Assembly: GCA_916049765.1 (NCBI GenBank)
Contig: CAJZIX010000003.1
Span: 12,520 to 76,519 of the forward strand
Direction of reading: 5' to 3'
DNA from: an uncultured bacterium
Lineage (GTDB): Bacteria; Patescibacteriota; Gracilibacteria; Absconditabacterales; Absconditicoccaceae
DNA length: 64,000 nucleotides
Below the pieces are notes generated by a model, which was not told where the DNA came from, did not search any database, and worked only from the letters and a program-made list of their open reading frames with translations. Below, piece after piece: positions 46,376 through 57,421 of the stretch. A program made the position numbers and the translations under genes. The stretch's first letter is position 1. Each line of letters begins with the position of its first letter.

Positions 46376-46825
46376 TTATTTAATGCTTCCCCCTGCTTTT
46401 TCAATCTTTGACTGAGCAGTAGCTGAATACTGTTCAATTCCTTCAAAGGACAAAGCTTTTTCAAGATCTCCAGTTCCAAGTACCTTTACTGCAACTTCAG
46501 CAGAACGAATATACCCCAACTCCCAAAGAAGTTCTTTAGTTACAACTGTCGTAACTCTTTCATCTTTCTGAAGAGCATTCAAATTCACATTCTGGATTGG
46601 AGTAACAAGCTTGTAATACCTCTTGAACCCCCTATGCTTAGGCATTCTTTGAACAATAGAAGTCTGTCCTCCTTCAAAGAATGGCTTCATAGAATGTCCA
46701 CTTCTTGACTTCTGACCATTAGACCCCCTTCCTGAAGTATTTCCCCTTCCTGAGGCATTTCATCTTCCTCTTCTTCTAAGTTTATCAGTAAGTCCCTTAC
46801 TTCTCACTAAGCTGTGAAGTTTCAT
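46376..46825 (-). CDS. rplO: 50S ribosomal protein L15
   Basis: MKLHSLVRSKGLTDKLRRRGR(G)NASGRGNTSGRGSNGQKSRSG, joined to track ORF 46376..46690. Confidence 0.92.
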
Positions 46826-46856
46826 TATTATAACACATTTATTCAGTTAAAAGCTA

Positions 46857-47579
46857 TTAATCTTCTTTTTTTGCTGTCTTTTTAGGAGCAGCTTTTTTAG
46901 CTGGAGCCTTTTTCATAGTAGTTTCCTCAGATGAAAGTTCCTCTTTAACAACTTTTGTTAATGTTTTAGATGAAGGTTTCTTTGAAGTTGACTTTGTATT
47001 AACATCCTCTACAGTCCTTTCTCCCTCAGAATGATTATTTTCATCCAAAGCTAATTCTGTCTTTCCTCCTTTAAGGGAAGAGAAATAATCTGCATGTTTA
47101 TAAGCAGACAAAGCTCTAATCGTAGCTAATGCATTATTAAGCTTATTATTTGAACCTACCATCTTAGAAAGGATATTTGAATATCCTGCAAGTTCCAAAA
47201 CAGATCTAATAGAAGAACCTGCCTTAAGTCCGGTACCTTCTGATGCTGGCAAAAGCTTAACTACACAAGCCTTATACTTCAAAGCAATTGGATAAGGAAC
47301 CGTATCATTCTTGGTCAAAGGCACTTCAAACAAGTTCTTATAAGCCTCATGAGAAGCCTTTTGAACTGCACTTGCCACATCATTACCCTTTGAAATTCCA
47401 AGTCAGATTTTACCTTTTTTATTTCCAACTAAGATTGTTGCTCTGAAAGAAAGCCTTCTACCTCCAGTAGTAACTCTCGTTACTCTTCTCACTTCCAAAA
47501 GAAGCTCTTCAAACTCCTTCTTTGGCTTTTCTCTCCTTACATCTCTCTTATTGTCCTTTTCTGATCTCATAGACATCAT
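46857..47579 (-). CDS. rpsE: 30S ribosomal protein S5 with a C-terminal tail of about 70 aa rich in Lys, Ala and Ser
   Basis: MMSMRSEKDNKRD...VTRVTTGGRRLSFRATILVGNKKGKI(G)LGISKG, joined to track ORF 46857..47378. The tail ends KKAPAKKAAPKKTAKKED. Confidence 0.9.
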
Positions 47580-47609
47580 AGATTATATAGATAAATACAA
47601 TATACTCAC

Positions 47610-47969
47610 TTAAAACTGAATACCCCCATTTCTAAGTCCATCAGCGAAAGCTTTAATCCTTCCATGATAGAGGAATCCATTCCTATCAAAAGTCAGTTTT
47701 TCAACTTTTTTTTCTTTTAGCACTGCAGCAAACGCTTCACCCGCAGCAGCAGCTCTTTCAGTTTTAGTAGCTCCAACAGCAGCTTTATCTGTAGTTGTTG
47801 CAATAACAACTCCGTCAGCTCCCAACACCTGAGCTTTTACATAAAGATTAGATCTTTGAATCAAAAGTCTAAATTCAGGATTCAATGCCTTAATCTTAGT
47901 ATTTACCTTATTCTTCCTTCTCAAATATTTACTAATCTTTTCTTGGAGTTTATTCTTCAAATAACTCAT
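47610..47969 (-). CDS. rplR: 50S ribosomal protein L18
   Basis: Uninterrupted ORF in operon position. ...FDRNGFLYHGRIKAFADGLRNGGIQF. Confidence 0.92.
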   Translation of the reverse strand: MSYLKNKLQEKISKYLRRKNKVNTKIKALNPEFRLLIQRSNLYVKAQVLGADGVVIATTTDKAAVGATKTERAAAAGEAFAAVLKEKKVEKLTFDRNGFLYHGRIKAFADGLRNGGIQF

Positions 47970-48005
47970 TTGTATACCGAAATAACAATCTAAAACTGAA
48001 CACTA

Positions 48006-48551
48006 TTATTTTTTCGCAGATTTACCTGGTTTAATTTTCACGAACTCATCAAAGTATCTAATTCCCTTTCCTTTGTAAGGTTCAGGCTTTTTCATACTTC
48101 TAAGCTTCGCAGCCACTTCACCAACCAATTCTTTACTGATTCCTGAGATAAAAACTACAGTATTACCTTTTGGATCTTGCTCTGTTCTTATTTCAATAGC
48201 TTCTGGAATCGGAAAGTTTACCTTGTGAGCATATCCAAGAGAAAGTATAAGAGTATTTCCTTCAATCTTTGCTGAGTATCCTACTCCAATAATAAGTAAT
48301 TTCTTTTCATATCCATTAGAAACCCCTTCAACCATATTAGCAACAAGAGTTCTCGCTAATCCCCAAAGATTCTTATATTGATCATCAAGAATAGAAAAAA
48401 CTAATTCTGATTCGTTTTTTTCAATTTTCACTCCGTATGGCAAATGAAGATCCAATGTTCCTTTCGGTCCTTTCACCTGCACCGCAGTTTCCTTCAAGTC
48501 TACTTCTACTCCCTGAGGGATTACAAGAGGCTTCTTACCAATTTTTGACAT
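48006..48551 (-). CDS. rplF: 50S ribosomal protein L6
   Basis: MSKIGKKPLVIPQGVEV...GVGY...KGKGIRY. Confidence 0.93.
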   Translation of the reverse strand: MSKIGKKPLVIPQGVEVDLKETAVQVKGPKGTLDLHLPYGVKIEKNESELVFSILDDQYKNLWGLARTLVANMVEGVSNGYEKKLLIIGVGYSAKIEGNTLILSLGYAHKVNFPIPEAIEIRTEQDPKGNTVVFISGISKELVGEVAAKLRSMKKPEPYKGKGIRYFDEFVKIKPGKSAKK

Positions 48552-48594
48552 TTAGATAGCAACTTAAATAGTAAAGTACAATATAGCACAAAGA

Positions 48595-48999
48595 CTAATA
48601 GATTTCAGCAATCAATTCTCCACCAAGTTTCTTTGCTTTAGCAACATGCACTGGCAAAAGTCCCTGATTTGTCGAAATTATACCAAGCCCCTTCCCACCA
48701 GCAACCGTTTTCAAATCTTTATATCCAACATACCAAGGTCTAGATGGCTTAGAAAAAAACTTCACAGAAGGAATATCATTCACAGGATTTACTACTTTTT
48801 TTAACTGAAGAGTAAGAAATTTCTTTCCATTCACTTCCTGCACTTCAAAATCTTTCACAAATCCATATTGCTTCAAAAGCTCAAGAACATTTACCTTAAA
48901 TTTTGAGAAAACCACTCCATCTACAGTTGTTTTTCTCGCCATATATGCATTCTTGATCCTGATTAACAAATCATGAATTGGCGCATTAACATAACTCAT
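48595..48999 (-). CDS. rpsH: 30S ribosomal protein S8
   Basis: MSYVNAPIHDLLIRIKNA.... The track ORF begins 18 nt further upstream at 49017. Confidence 0.9.
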   Translation of the reverse strand: MSYVNAPIHDLLIRIKNAYMARKTTVDGVVFSKFKVNVLELLKQYGFVKDFEVQEVNGKKFLTLQLKKVVNPVNDIPSVKFFSKPSRPWYVGYKDLKTVAGGKGLGIISTNQGLLPVHVAKAKKLGGELIAEIY

Positions 49000-49034
49000 C
49001 TTAGTGATACGATTCATAAAATAAAATTAAACAA

Positions 49035-49250
49035 TTACCAACTTGCCTTTCTAAGCCCCATAATTAGCCCTTCTCTTGCATATCTTCTAAGGCATACTCT
49101 ACAAATTCCAAAATCTCTAATATACGCCTTTGACCTTCCACAAAGTCTACATCTATTATAATATTTTGTAGGTTGCTCAAGATTCTCTCCTTTCACGAAC
49201 CTCTTTTCAAACATTTTTCATTGTTTAGCTTTTAATGCTGTTCTTGCCAT
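49035..49250 (-). CDS. rpsN: 30S ribosomal protein S14 (zinc-binding type)
   Basis: Not in the track (one TGA). MARTALKAKQ(G)KMFEK...CRLCGRSKAYIRDFGICRVCLRRYAREGLIMGLRKASW. Confidence 0.88.
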
Positions 49251-49281
49251 TGGTTATTTCACAATAAAGATAAATACCATA

Positions 49282-49806
49282 TTATTTGAAGATAAATCCT
49301 AGTTCCTGAAGTAGTGTCTGAGTTCCTTCTGGAGTTCCCGCAGTACTTACAACAGTAAGTTGGATTCCCATCGGAAGTGTCACATCATCTACTCAAAGCT
49401 CAGGAAAGATATTATAATTCTGAAGCCCAAGATTAAGATTACCCTTTGGGTCAAAATTTTTCTTAGAAACCCCTGAAAAGTCTCTTACTCTAGGAAGCAC
49501 TAGTTTACAAAATCTATCCAAGAAATCATAAGCTCTTTCTCCTCTCAAAGTCACCTTTAACATTACTGGCATCCCTTCTCTGAGTTTAAAGTTTGAAATA
49601 GCCTTCTTTGATTTTATCAACACAGGCTTCTGACCCGTAATTCTAATCAGATTTTTTTCAAATTCTTCAAAATCTTTATGTCCTTTTCTTGTTACCAAAG
49701 ATCCAATCCCCATAGCAACAATCACTTTATCCACCTTTGGAGCTTGATTGATGTTTTTAAGGTTCAAATGATCCTTAAGCTTTGCAAACAACTCAGATTT
49801 TTTCAT
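49282..49806 (-). CDS. rplE: 50S ribosomal protein L5
   Basis: Track ORF 49393..49806 continues through a TGA to ...ELGFIFK, stop TAA 49282-49284. Confidence 0.9.
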
Positions 49807-49835
49807 AGCTAAACCATCAAAAATATTTAAAACAA

Positions 49836-50126
49836 TTAATCAATAATTTTTCCAGTAACCTTTGCTTTTCTCACTCTTCTACCTTCTTTCGTAATCTCAA
49901 GTCAAATCTTTGTAGCCTTTTTCTGATCCGCAAGATAGTAAGCAACATTAGAAACATGAAGCGGCAAAGTCTTTTTCACAAACCCTTGTCCTTTAACTGC
50001 CTTTTTTACAACATTCACATCCTTTACAGTTACCATATCTCCATCTAGAGCTTCTATTACAGAAACGCTACCTTTTGATTTTCATGCAATCACGATAACT
50101 GGATCACCTTTTCTCAATTTTTTCAT
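49836..50126 (-). CDS. rplX: 50S ribosomal protein L24
   Basis: Not in the track (two TGA). MKKLRKGDPVIVIA(G)KSKGSVSVIEA... (KOW motif). Confidence 0.85.
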
Positions 50127-50162
50127 CAGAACATCTCGTTACAAATAAAGTTCATAGTCAAA

Positions 50163-50540
50163 TTACAATACTTCTTCTGCCATATTAGTAATTGGTCTAT
50201 ATTTTTCTCTTAATTCTCTTGCCACAGGACCAAAAACTCTTTTACCAATAGGATTCATATTTCCTTTTGCATCCTTCGTTAAAAGAACAATTGCATTATC
50301 AGCAAATCTAATATAAGTTCAATCTTTTCTAGCAATCTCTTTTTTAGTTCTCACTACTACAGCCTGAACTACCTGCCCTTTTTTCACTGAAGCAGTAGGT
50401 GCTGCATCTTTAATAGCAACAACAACTCTATCTCCAACATGCGCTATTCTTCCATAAGAACCCTTTAATACTCTGATAATTTTCGCCTTTTTTGCCTGGG
50501 TGTTATCAGCTACCACAACTAACGATTCCTGTTGCAACAT
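50163..50540 (-). CDS. rplN: 50S ribosomal protein L14
   Basis: Track ORF 50319..50540 continues through a TGA: ...ARKD(G)[13 protein letters not shown]...GPVARELRE. Confidence 0.92.
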
Positions 50541-50565
50541 CGTTCAAAACAAAAACTAATTAAAA

Positions 50566-50817
50566 CTATAAGATCTCAATAATATTCCATCTTTTAAGTC
50601 TAGAAATTGGTTTTACCAATCTCAACTTTACAGTATTACCAAGAACTGCTTTATTTTCTGCATTATGAGCATAGTACTTTTTTCTCACCACAAATCTTTT
50701 TTTATAGATAGGATGCATTTTTACAGACTTTACCAAAACTACACAAGTCTGATCCATTTTATCACTTACCACCTCACCAATGAGTTCTTTAATATTTTTT
50801 TCACCGATAATCGTCAT
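50566..50817 (-). CDS. rpsQ: 30S ribosomal protein S17
   Basis: Uninterrupted ORF in operon position. Its start overlaps the rpmC stop by 1 nt (TAATG). Confidence 0.9.
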   Translation of the reverse strand: MTIIGEKNIKELIGEVVSDKMDQTCVVLVKSVKMHPIYKKRFVVRKKYYAHNAENKAVLGNTVKLRLVKPISRLKRWNIIEIL

Positions 50818-51023
50818 TATGCATTCACTTTAGAGTGTAAAACGGTATTGATCCTAGCAATCTTAACTCTAAGATCTCCTATCTTATGGGTTTCTTTAAG
50901 AGCTCTTACGCTATTTTTCATTCTGAGTTCAAAAAGCTCATGTCTAGCCTGTTTTCTCATAGCTACCAATTCTTTCACACTCTTACCAGCAAGCTCTTTC
51001 ATAAATAAACCAGTCCCTTTCAT
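50817..51023 (-). CDS. rpmC: 50S ribosomal protein L29
   Basis: ...KELVAMRKQARHELFELRMKNS.... An alternative ATG lies at 51002. Confidence 0.85.
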   Translation of the reverse strand: MKGTGLFMKELAGKSVKELVAMRKQARHELFELRMKNSVRALKETHKIGDLRVKIARINTVLHSKVNA

Positions 51024-51053
51024 TATAACAACTTCTTTAGAGGTATAAAAACA

Positions 51054-51473
51054 TTATTTAATTTCACCCTTAGCCACAAATCTTGCTTTAATTGGCAACT
51101 TCTTTGCAGCACTTATAATTACTTCCTCAGCCAATTCCCTTGAAAGCCCAGAAATTTCAAAAAGCACTCTTCCTTTCTTCACTGGAGCTGCATAAATATC
51201 TACATCTCCCTTTCCAGATCCCATCGGCATTTCTAATCCTTTCTTAGTAATCGGTGTATCAGGAAACACTCTCATCCAAAGCTGACCAACCTTCCTAGTA
51301 TGTCTAACGATCACTTTTCTAGCCGCTTCTAACTGTTTATTAGTAACATAACCACTCGTTGTAGCCTTAAGACCATATTCTCAGAAAGAAATTGTAGTTC
51401 CTCTCGCACTTTTTCCCTTAAGAGAAGGAACGATCTGCTTTCTATATTTCCATTTCTTTGGAGTCAATAACAT
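51054..51473 (-). CDS. rplP: 50S ribosomal protein L16
   Basis: MLLTPKKWKYRKQ...ISF(G)EYGLKA..., joined to track ORF 51054..51314 (GQLWMRVFPD). Confidence 0.92.
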
Positions 51474-51518
51474 GATAATAACAACTGATCAATTAAAATT
51501 GAAATCTCAAACCCATTC

Positions 51519-52187
51519 TTAATCTAGATTCAGAGTTTTTTTTCCTTTTTTCTTTGATGAAGGAATCACTCCTTTTTCAATCCAAACCTTAATTCAAAGT
51601 ACTCCATACTTCGTCATAGCCTGAAGATAATGATAATCAATATCTGATCTAAAAGTCTGAAGAGAAACCCTACCATCAATAAATTTTTCACTTCTTGCGA
51701 TATCTGCACCTCAAAGTCTTCCTCCAATCTGAATCTTAATACCATTAGCCCCCTTTTCCATAACTTTAGCAAGTACATTCTTTACTACTTTTCTATATGG
51801 CATCCTAGCTTCAAGTTGAGAGGCAACATACTCAGCCATAATCTTCGCAGAAAGCTCAGGAACTCTCACTTCTTTCACATTAATCTTGAATGGCTTTCCA
51901 AATCTCTTACAAAGATCACTTTCCAACTTTTTAATTCTTTCTCCATTCTTCCCCATAAGAACACCAACCTTTGAAGCAAAGACAATAATTTCACCTTCTT
52001 TAAGCGTCTTCCTAATTACAATTTTAGCCACACCAGATCTTGCGAGTTGCTTTTCAACGAAATCTCTGATTTGGATATCTTCTACAAAAAAGTCTGCATT
52101 CATTTTTCTTGTTTTAGCAAACCATTCTGATGGTCGTGATTTCATAATCCCAACTCTCATTCCAACTGGATTTACCTTTTGTCACAT
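51519..52187 (-). CDS. rpsC: 30S ribosomal protein S3
   Basis: M(TGA)[15 protein letters not shown](CGA)PSEWFA... Extends the track ORF 51711..52160 at both ends. Stop TAA 51519-51521. Confidence 0.92.
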
Positions 52188-52196
52188 CCTCACAAA

Positions 52197-52535
52197 CTAC
52201 TTAGTATTTAAAATAACTTTCACATATGCTCTGTATTTTTCATAATGACTAACCCTAGACCTAGAAACAAATCTTACTCTCTTAATCTTAGGACCCCTTC
52301 CAACTTCAATTCTCTCAATAAAGAGCTGGTCAAGCGGAAGCTTATTATTATTCACAGCATTTGCTGCTGCCGACTTAATAAGTTTATGAAGCACTCTCGC
52401 ACCCTTCTTTGGCATAAATTCAAGCATATCTAATGCAGCAGTCACCTTCTTTCATCTCACAAGATCAGCAATAAGATTAAGCTTTCTATCAGAAAGAAGC
52501 GCATATTTTAACGTTGCTGTAACCTGATTACTCAT
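52197..52535 (-). CDS. rplV: 50S ribosomal protein L22
   Basis: MSNQVTATLKYALLSDRKLNLIADLVR(G)KKV..., joined to track ORF 52197..52445. Confidence 0.9.
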
Positions 52536-52603
52536 AACAATATAATTTTACACAAGTAAAGTAAATAGTTTCAAAACCTGAAGCTTTTCTTCAGATAGAG
52601 ATA

Positions 52604-52861
52604 TTAGAAAGGATGTCCCCTAAAAGTTCTCGTAGGAACAAACTCCCCCAATCTATGCCCTAGCATGTCTTCAGTCACATATACACTCACAAATTGTTTT
52701 CCATTATGCACAGCAAAGGTATATCCAATAAACTCAGGAACAATATGACAAGCCCTATCCCAAACTTTAATCACTTTCTTATCTCAAGTTTCATTCATTT
52801 TCAAAACTTTATTCATAAGTTTTTCATTCACATAGAAACCTTTTTTCAGAGATCTAGCCAT
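52604..52861 (-). CDS. rpsS: 30S ribosomal protein S19
   Basis: Not in the track (one TGA). [15 protein letters not shown]...[52 protein letters not shown]. Confidence 0.9.
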
Positions 52862-52898
52862 TTAACAAAACATATCTAAATAAAACGGAATCGGAAGA

Positions 52899-53741
52899 TT
52901 ATTTTCTCTTTGAAACAATAAATTTATCTGACCACTTCTTTCCTCTTCTTGTTTTCATTCCAGCAGAAACAAGTTTTCCACTAAATGATTTAGGTCCTCT
53001 TTTAGAACCAATAGGAGAGTGAGCTTCTCCACCTCCGTGTGGATGGTCAACAGGGTTCATGTTCTTTCCAAGCACTCTCGGCTTTCTACCAAGTCGTCTT
53101 TGTCTTCCAGCCTTACCAATTTCAATATTTTTATGATCTGCATTAGAAACCTCACCAAGTGTTGCCCAGCAATTTTCATTAAATTTTCTTACTTCTCCTG
53201 AAGGCATTTTAACAAACACAACTCTCAATGCTTCATCTCTACCTGCCAAAGTAGCAAAACCACCAGCAGACTTAATCAGTTTTCCTTCTGAAAAAGGAGT
53301 AACCTCAAGATTAAAGATAGTCATCCCTTCAGGAATATCCTTAAGTTGTCTTCTATTTCCTGGAGCAATTTCCCCCTTAACACCATTCATTACAACCTGA
53401 CCAACCTTCACACCCTTCCAAGCCAAAACATACCTCTTTTCTCCATCAACATAGTACAAAAGAGCAATTCTAGCAGTTCTATAAGGATCATACTCTACTG
53501 CAGCAACCTTCGCAGGAATATCAACTTTATTATACCCCTTGAAGTCTATCACCCTATACAGTCTCTTATGTCCCCCCGCCATAAACCTAGAAGTAATTCT
53601 CCCCTGATTATTTCTTCCTCCAGTTCTTCCAATCATGGTAGTCAACGATTTTTCAGGCCTCTTTTTAGTAAGCTCTGAAAAGTCATACCCAATCATAAAT
53701 CTCCTGGATGGAGTATATGGTTTATATTTCTTTACAGCCAT
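52899..53741 (-). CDS. rplB: 50S ribosomal protein L2
   Basis: Uninterrupted ORF. GKAGRQR(CGA)LG...NPVDHPHGGGE. Confidence 0.95.
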   Translation of the reverse strand: MAVKKYKPYTPSRRFMIGYDFSELTKKRPEKSLTTMIGRTGGRNNQGRITSRFMAGGHKRLYRVIDFKGYNKVDIPAKVAAVEYDPYRTARIALLYYVDGEKRYVLAWKGVKVGQVVMNGVKGEIAPGNRRQLKDIPEGMTIFNLEVTPFSEGKLIKSAGGFATLAGRDEALRVVFVKMPSGEVRKFNENCWATLGEVSNADHKNIEIGKAGRQRRLGRKPRVLGKNMNPVDHPHGGGEAHSPIGSKRGPKSFSGKLVSAGMKTRRGKKWSDKFIVSKRK

Positions 53742-53775
53742 CTGAACAAAACATTATAATTACTAAAGAAAACAA

Positions 53776-54117
53776 CTACACAGCAAAATCAATCTTCTCT
53801 TTTTCTCCCAAAGTTACTATTGCCTTTTTAAAGGCCCTCTTTACAAGTTTTCTTCTTTCTCTTCCCTTAAAAGCAGTATTTACAACATTAATCTTAAGAG
53901 GAGTTACCTTATAAAGATACTGAATAGCAGCATCAATATCATTTTTATTAGCATCACTATGCACTTTAAAAACATATTTATTAGCAACTTCTTGCTGTTT
54001 ATAAGTCTTTTCAGTTAACACAGGAGCAAGGATAATATCATAAGGACTAAATTTCAAAAGTACCTTTTGTGCAACATCTTTTCTCGCCCTTCTCTGCAAT
54101 TTCTCTTTGAATGTCAT
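53776..54117 (-). CDS. rplW: 50S ribosomal protein L23
   Basis: Uninterrupted ORF in operon position. ...ILAPVLTEKTY...KYVFKV. Confidence 0.88.
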   Translation of the reverse strand: MTFKEKLQRRARKDVAQKVLLKFSPYDIILAPVLTEKTYKQQEVANKYVFKVHSDANKNDIDAAIQYLYKVTPLKINVVNTAFKGRERRKLVKRAFKKAIVTLGEKEKIDFAV

Positions 54118-54147
54118 ATTGTTGTAAACAAAAACATAAATAATAAA

Positions 54148-54774
54148 CTAAGCCTGATTTACAAAATCAAGTGCCGGCCTCATAAAGACAATAGCTTCAG
54201 CATTTATAAGATCATAAGGATTAAGATAATCTACTAAAAGATACTTCAACCCCTCAATATTTCTAAAAGATTTAACAACACCTTCTTCCTTTTTATCAAG
54301 GACAAAAAGCACCTTTTTACCCTCATTCCCCATTTTAGCAAGAAGCGAAATAGCATTTTTTGTACTCGGATCCATAGATTCAATATCCAAAGCTGAAATA
54401 ACCCCCTCTTTCACTTTTAAAGTCAAAAGTCCATTAAGAGCCAATTTCCTTGCCTTCTTAGTCATCGTTTTTTCAAAATTTCTCTCTGATGTAGGTCCAA
54501 AAGCAACCCCACCATGCCTTCTGATAGGAGAATTTTTATCACCAACTCTCGCATTACCAGTTCATTTTTGCTTATAAAGCTTTCTACCAGAACCAGAAAC
54601 CTCAGCCCTCGTTTTTGTAGAAGCAATCACATTACGAGCATTTGCTTGCTGGAGCAGGAGATATTCATGAATAAGAGAAGGATTTATAATTTCATCAGAA
54701 AAAAGCTCTGGATTCAAATCAACTTTTGAAGTAACCTTCCCATTTTTATCATACACATCAACTGTATATACCAT
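54148..54774 (-). CDS. rplD: 50S ribosomal protein L4
   Basis: 54148..54465 and 54562..54780 are in one frame. ...SGSGRKLYKQK(G)TGNARVGD.... ATG at 54774. Confidence 0.9.
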
Positions 54775-54802
54775 CTTCAATTATCTATAAGGTCATAAAA
54801 AA

Positions 54803-55408
54803 TTATTCTACAAAACACTTTAATTTTCCATTTCTTGCACCAGGCAAAGAACCCTTAACAATTAAGAATCTAGCACCATCCTTTTCCATAATATTCAAAA
54901 GAGGAATTTTCTTAAGTGTAAGCTGTTCTGACCCCATATGTCATGCATGAGGGTGTCACTTCATAGTTCTCCTTGGTTTTCTATTACCTTTTGAACCTCA
55001 AGCCCTAGAAAATTTATGTCCATGAGTAGCAGGACCCCCTTTAATATTACACCTCTTTACAAGCCCTTGATATCACTTTCCCTTACTCATTCCAGTCACA
55101 GTAAGAGAAGACACTCCTTCTAATAAAGAAACATCAAAAGACTTTCCTGCCTCATAAGCAGAAGCGAACGACTCATCTACAGGGAATTCTGTCACCATGT
55201 CGTACACCAACTTCTGTCCCTTCTCTTTATTGAGTTCTTTTTTTTCAACCCCAACAACTACAGCAGAATATCCATCCCTTTCCTGAGTTTTATATCTAAT
55301 AATTTCCTGTGGAAGAACCTTAGCAAGAGTAACTGCTACAAATTTATCATCAATCCACATTTTAGTCATCTCCTGTTTTGCAACCACAACTCCTCCTTTA
55401 CTTGCCAT
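54803..55408 (-). CDS. rplC: 50S ribosomal protein L3
   Basis: Track ORF 55073..55408 continues through five TGA: GMSKGK(G)YQGLVKR...HGHKFSRA(G)GS.... Stop TAA 54803-54805. Confidence 0.9.
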
Positions 55409-55507
55409 ACTAACAAATTCTGATCAATTAAAACAAAGCACAAATTACCAATTACGAATAGATTCCATATCCACAATCCGTAATTCGTATTTTATAATTC
55501 TCTAAAT

Positions 55508-55837
55508 CTAGAAAACTTTAACATCCACAAGAACTCCTACAGGAATAGAAAGATTTTGAAGATATTCCATTGTCTTTCCTCCAGTTTCCACAACATCCAA
55601 GACTCTTGTATAAGAAATCCTCTCAAACTGTTCCCTCGCTTTCTTAAACTTAAAGTTTGATCTCAATACTGTATACACCTTCCTTTTTTTTGGCAAAGGA
55701 ATCGGCCCCTTAATCTGAGCACCTGATTTTACCAAAAGTCCTACAACTTTAGAAACAGAAGCTTCCAACATTCTCACATCATAGCTCTTTAACTTAATTC
55801 TTAATTTTGGAGTCTGATCTTTTTTTACAGCCGACAT
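55508..55837 (-). CDS. rpsJ: 30S ribosomal protein S10
   Basis: MSAVKKDQTPKLRIKLKSYDVRMLEAS.... The track ORF begins 18 nt further upstream. Confidence 0.92.
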   Translation of the reverse strand: MSAVKKDQTPKLRIKLKSYDVRMLEASVSKVVGLLVKSGAQIKGPIPLPKKRKVYTVLRSNFKFKKAREQFERISYTRVLDVVETGGKTMEYLQNLSIPVGVLVDVKVF

Positions 55838-55927
55838 ATATCCTTTTGATAGCAAAAATAAATATAAGAAAACAGACCCCAGAACTTAACCTTAAACCTC
55901 TTCCAAGGTCTGTATCTCTATAGTAAA

Positions 55928-57100
55928 TTATTCAAGTACTTTTGTAACTACTCCAGCACCAACAGTTCTACCTCCTTCTCTAATTGCAAATCTCAAACCT
56001 TCTTCCATAGCAACTGGATAGATAAGATCAACAATAATCTTTGCATTATCACCTGGCATAATCATTTCTACGCCAGCTGCAAGCTCAATATTACCAGTAA
56101 CATCAGTAGTTCTCATAAAGAACTGAGGTCTATATCCACTCATAAATGGAGTATGTCTTCCACCTTCTTCCTTCTTAAGCACATATACCTCTGCTTCGAA
56201 TTTCTTATAAGTTTTTACAGTACCTGGCTTACAAAGCACCTGTCCTCTTTCAATAGCATCCTTATCTACACCTCTAAGCAAAAGCCCAACATTCATACCA
56301 GACTCTGCCTGATCCCATGCCTTATGAAACATTTCAATACCTGTAACTACAGTCTTCAAAGGATCAGCACCAAGACCAAGAAGTTCAAGCTCGTCATTCA
56401 TTTTTACAATACCTCTTTCAATTCTTCCTGTTGCCACAGTACCTCTACCCTTAATAGAGAACACATCTTCAACTGGCATCAAGAAAGGTTTATCATTATC
56501 CCTTTCAGGAACTGGAATATAAGTATCTAACGCCTCAAAAAGTTCCCAAATAGGCTTTGCAGCAGTCTCATCAGTAGGATTTTCAACAGCCTTAAGAGCT
56601 GATCCTCTAATAATAGGACAATTTTCATCAAAACCATTCTTCTTAAGAATCTCTCTGATTTCTTCTTCTACAAGATCAATCATATCAGGATCATCTACCA
56701 TATCACATTTATTCAAGAAAACAACAATCTTTGGCACATTAACCTGCTTAGCCAAAAGAATATGTTCTCTTGTCTGAGGCATAGGTCCATCAACAGCAGA
56801 ACAAAGAAGAATAGCTCCATCCATCTGAGCAGCACCTACGATCATATTCTTTACATAGTCAGCATGCCCCGGACAGTCGATATGAGCATAATGTCTGTTG
56901 TCAGTTTCATACTCTACATGCCTAGAGGCAATGGTAATACCTCTTGCCTTCTCTTCTGGAGCGTTATCAATCTGATCATACGCCGTAAATTGAGCATACC
57001 CTTTTGTAGCAGCAACAGCTGTAAGAGCAGCAGTTAATGTTGTCTTACCGTGATCAACGTGACCAATAGTTCCAACATTTACGTGTGGTTTAGTAGCCAT
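55928..57100 (-). CDS. tuf: Elongation factor Tu
   Basis: Uninterrupted [29 protein letters not shown]. No TGA or CGA codons noticed. Confidence 0.98.
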   Translation of the reverse strand: MATKPHVNVGTIGHVDHGKTTLTAALTAVAATKGYAQFTAYDQIDNAPEEKARGITIASRHVEYETDNRHYAHIDCPGHADYVKNMIVGAAQMDGAILLCSAVDGPMPQTREHILLAKQVNVPKIVVFLNKCDMVDDPDMIDLVEEEIREILKKNGFDENCPIIRGSALKAVENPTDETAAKPIWELFEALDTYIPVPERDNDKPFLMPVEDVFSIKGRGTVATGRIERGIVKMNDELELLGLGADPLKTVVTGIEMFHKAWDQAESGMNVGLLLRGVDKDAIERGQVLCKPGTVKTYKKFEAEVYVLKKEEGGRHTPFMSGYRPQFFMRTTDVTGNIELAAGVEMIMPGDNAKIIVDLIYPVAMEEGLRFAIREGGRTVGAGVVTKVLE

Positions 57101-57336
57101 AGTAATACTGTTTAATAAACTAAAAGTTAAACATAACTAAACTATATAACAATTTCCTCCATAATTGCAAGTAATTCTTCAAAAAAAAAGTTGATCTTGA
57201 TCATTTGGCAGACCCCACTAAAAGATAGTGAGCTACCAACCCTATTTCAAAACCACTCTCCAAATATTTAACCAAATCAAGTAAGGCAATATATCTAGAG
57301 AACTTCTTATTTTCTAAATTAGCAATCTTTTTAACC

Positions 57337-57410
57337 TCGGGAATGCGGGACTCGAACTCGCGACCTCTTGGTCCCAAACCAAGCGCTCTAGCCATCTGAG
57401 CTAATTCCCG
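57337..57410 (-). tRNA. tRNA-Pro (anticodon UGG)
   Basis: Hand-folded cloverleaf: CGGGAAT/ATTCCCG acceptor stem, GCTC/GAGC D stem, CTTGG-TTTGGGA-CCAAG anticodon arm, TTCGAGT T-loop. No encoded CCA. Confidence 0.85.
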
Positions 57411-57421
57411 AGAAAGAATGG

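Noticed and set aside
55409-55927. Imperfect inverted repeats in the tuf-rpsJ spacer (ACAGACC ... GGTCTGT) and the rpsJ-rplC spacer (TACGAAT ... ATTCGTA). These might be L4-type autoregulatory leaders.
   Set aside because: The stems are only 7 bp with loops of 25-30 nt in AT-rich sequence. This is not distinguishable from chance by eye, and there is no similarity to the E. coli S10 leader.
56153-56530. Long antisense ORFs in the track opposite conserved genes, for example 56153..56530 and 56762..57037 opposite tuf, 8913..9350 and 7143..7526 opposite leuS, 53346..53678 opposite rplB, and 50665..51048 opposite S17/L29.
   Set aside because: They overlap strongly conserved genes on the other strand and have low-complexity, Ser/Phe/Ile/Leu-rich, stop-poor compositions typical of AT-rich antisense frames. 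They show no recognisable motifs.
57190-57336. A possible fourth tRNA or other structured RNA between tuf and tRNA-Pro. A GGTTGGTAGCTCAC-like stretch on the minus strand resembles a tRNA 5' half.
   Set aside because: There is no T-arm (GTTCRANY) and no complementary acceptor 3' strand, so I could not fold a cloverleaf. Left as unexplained spacer.
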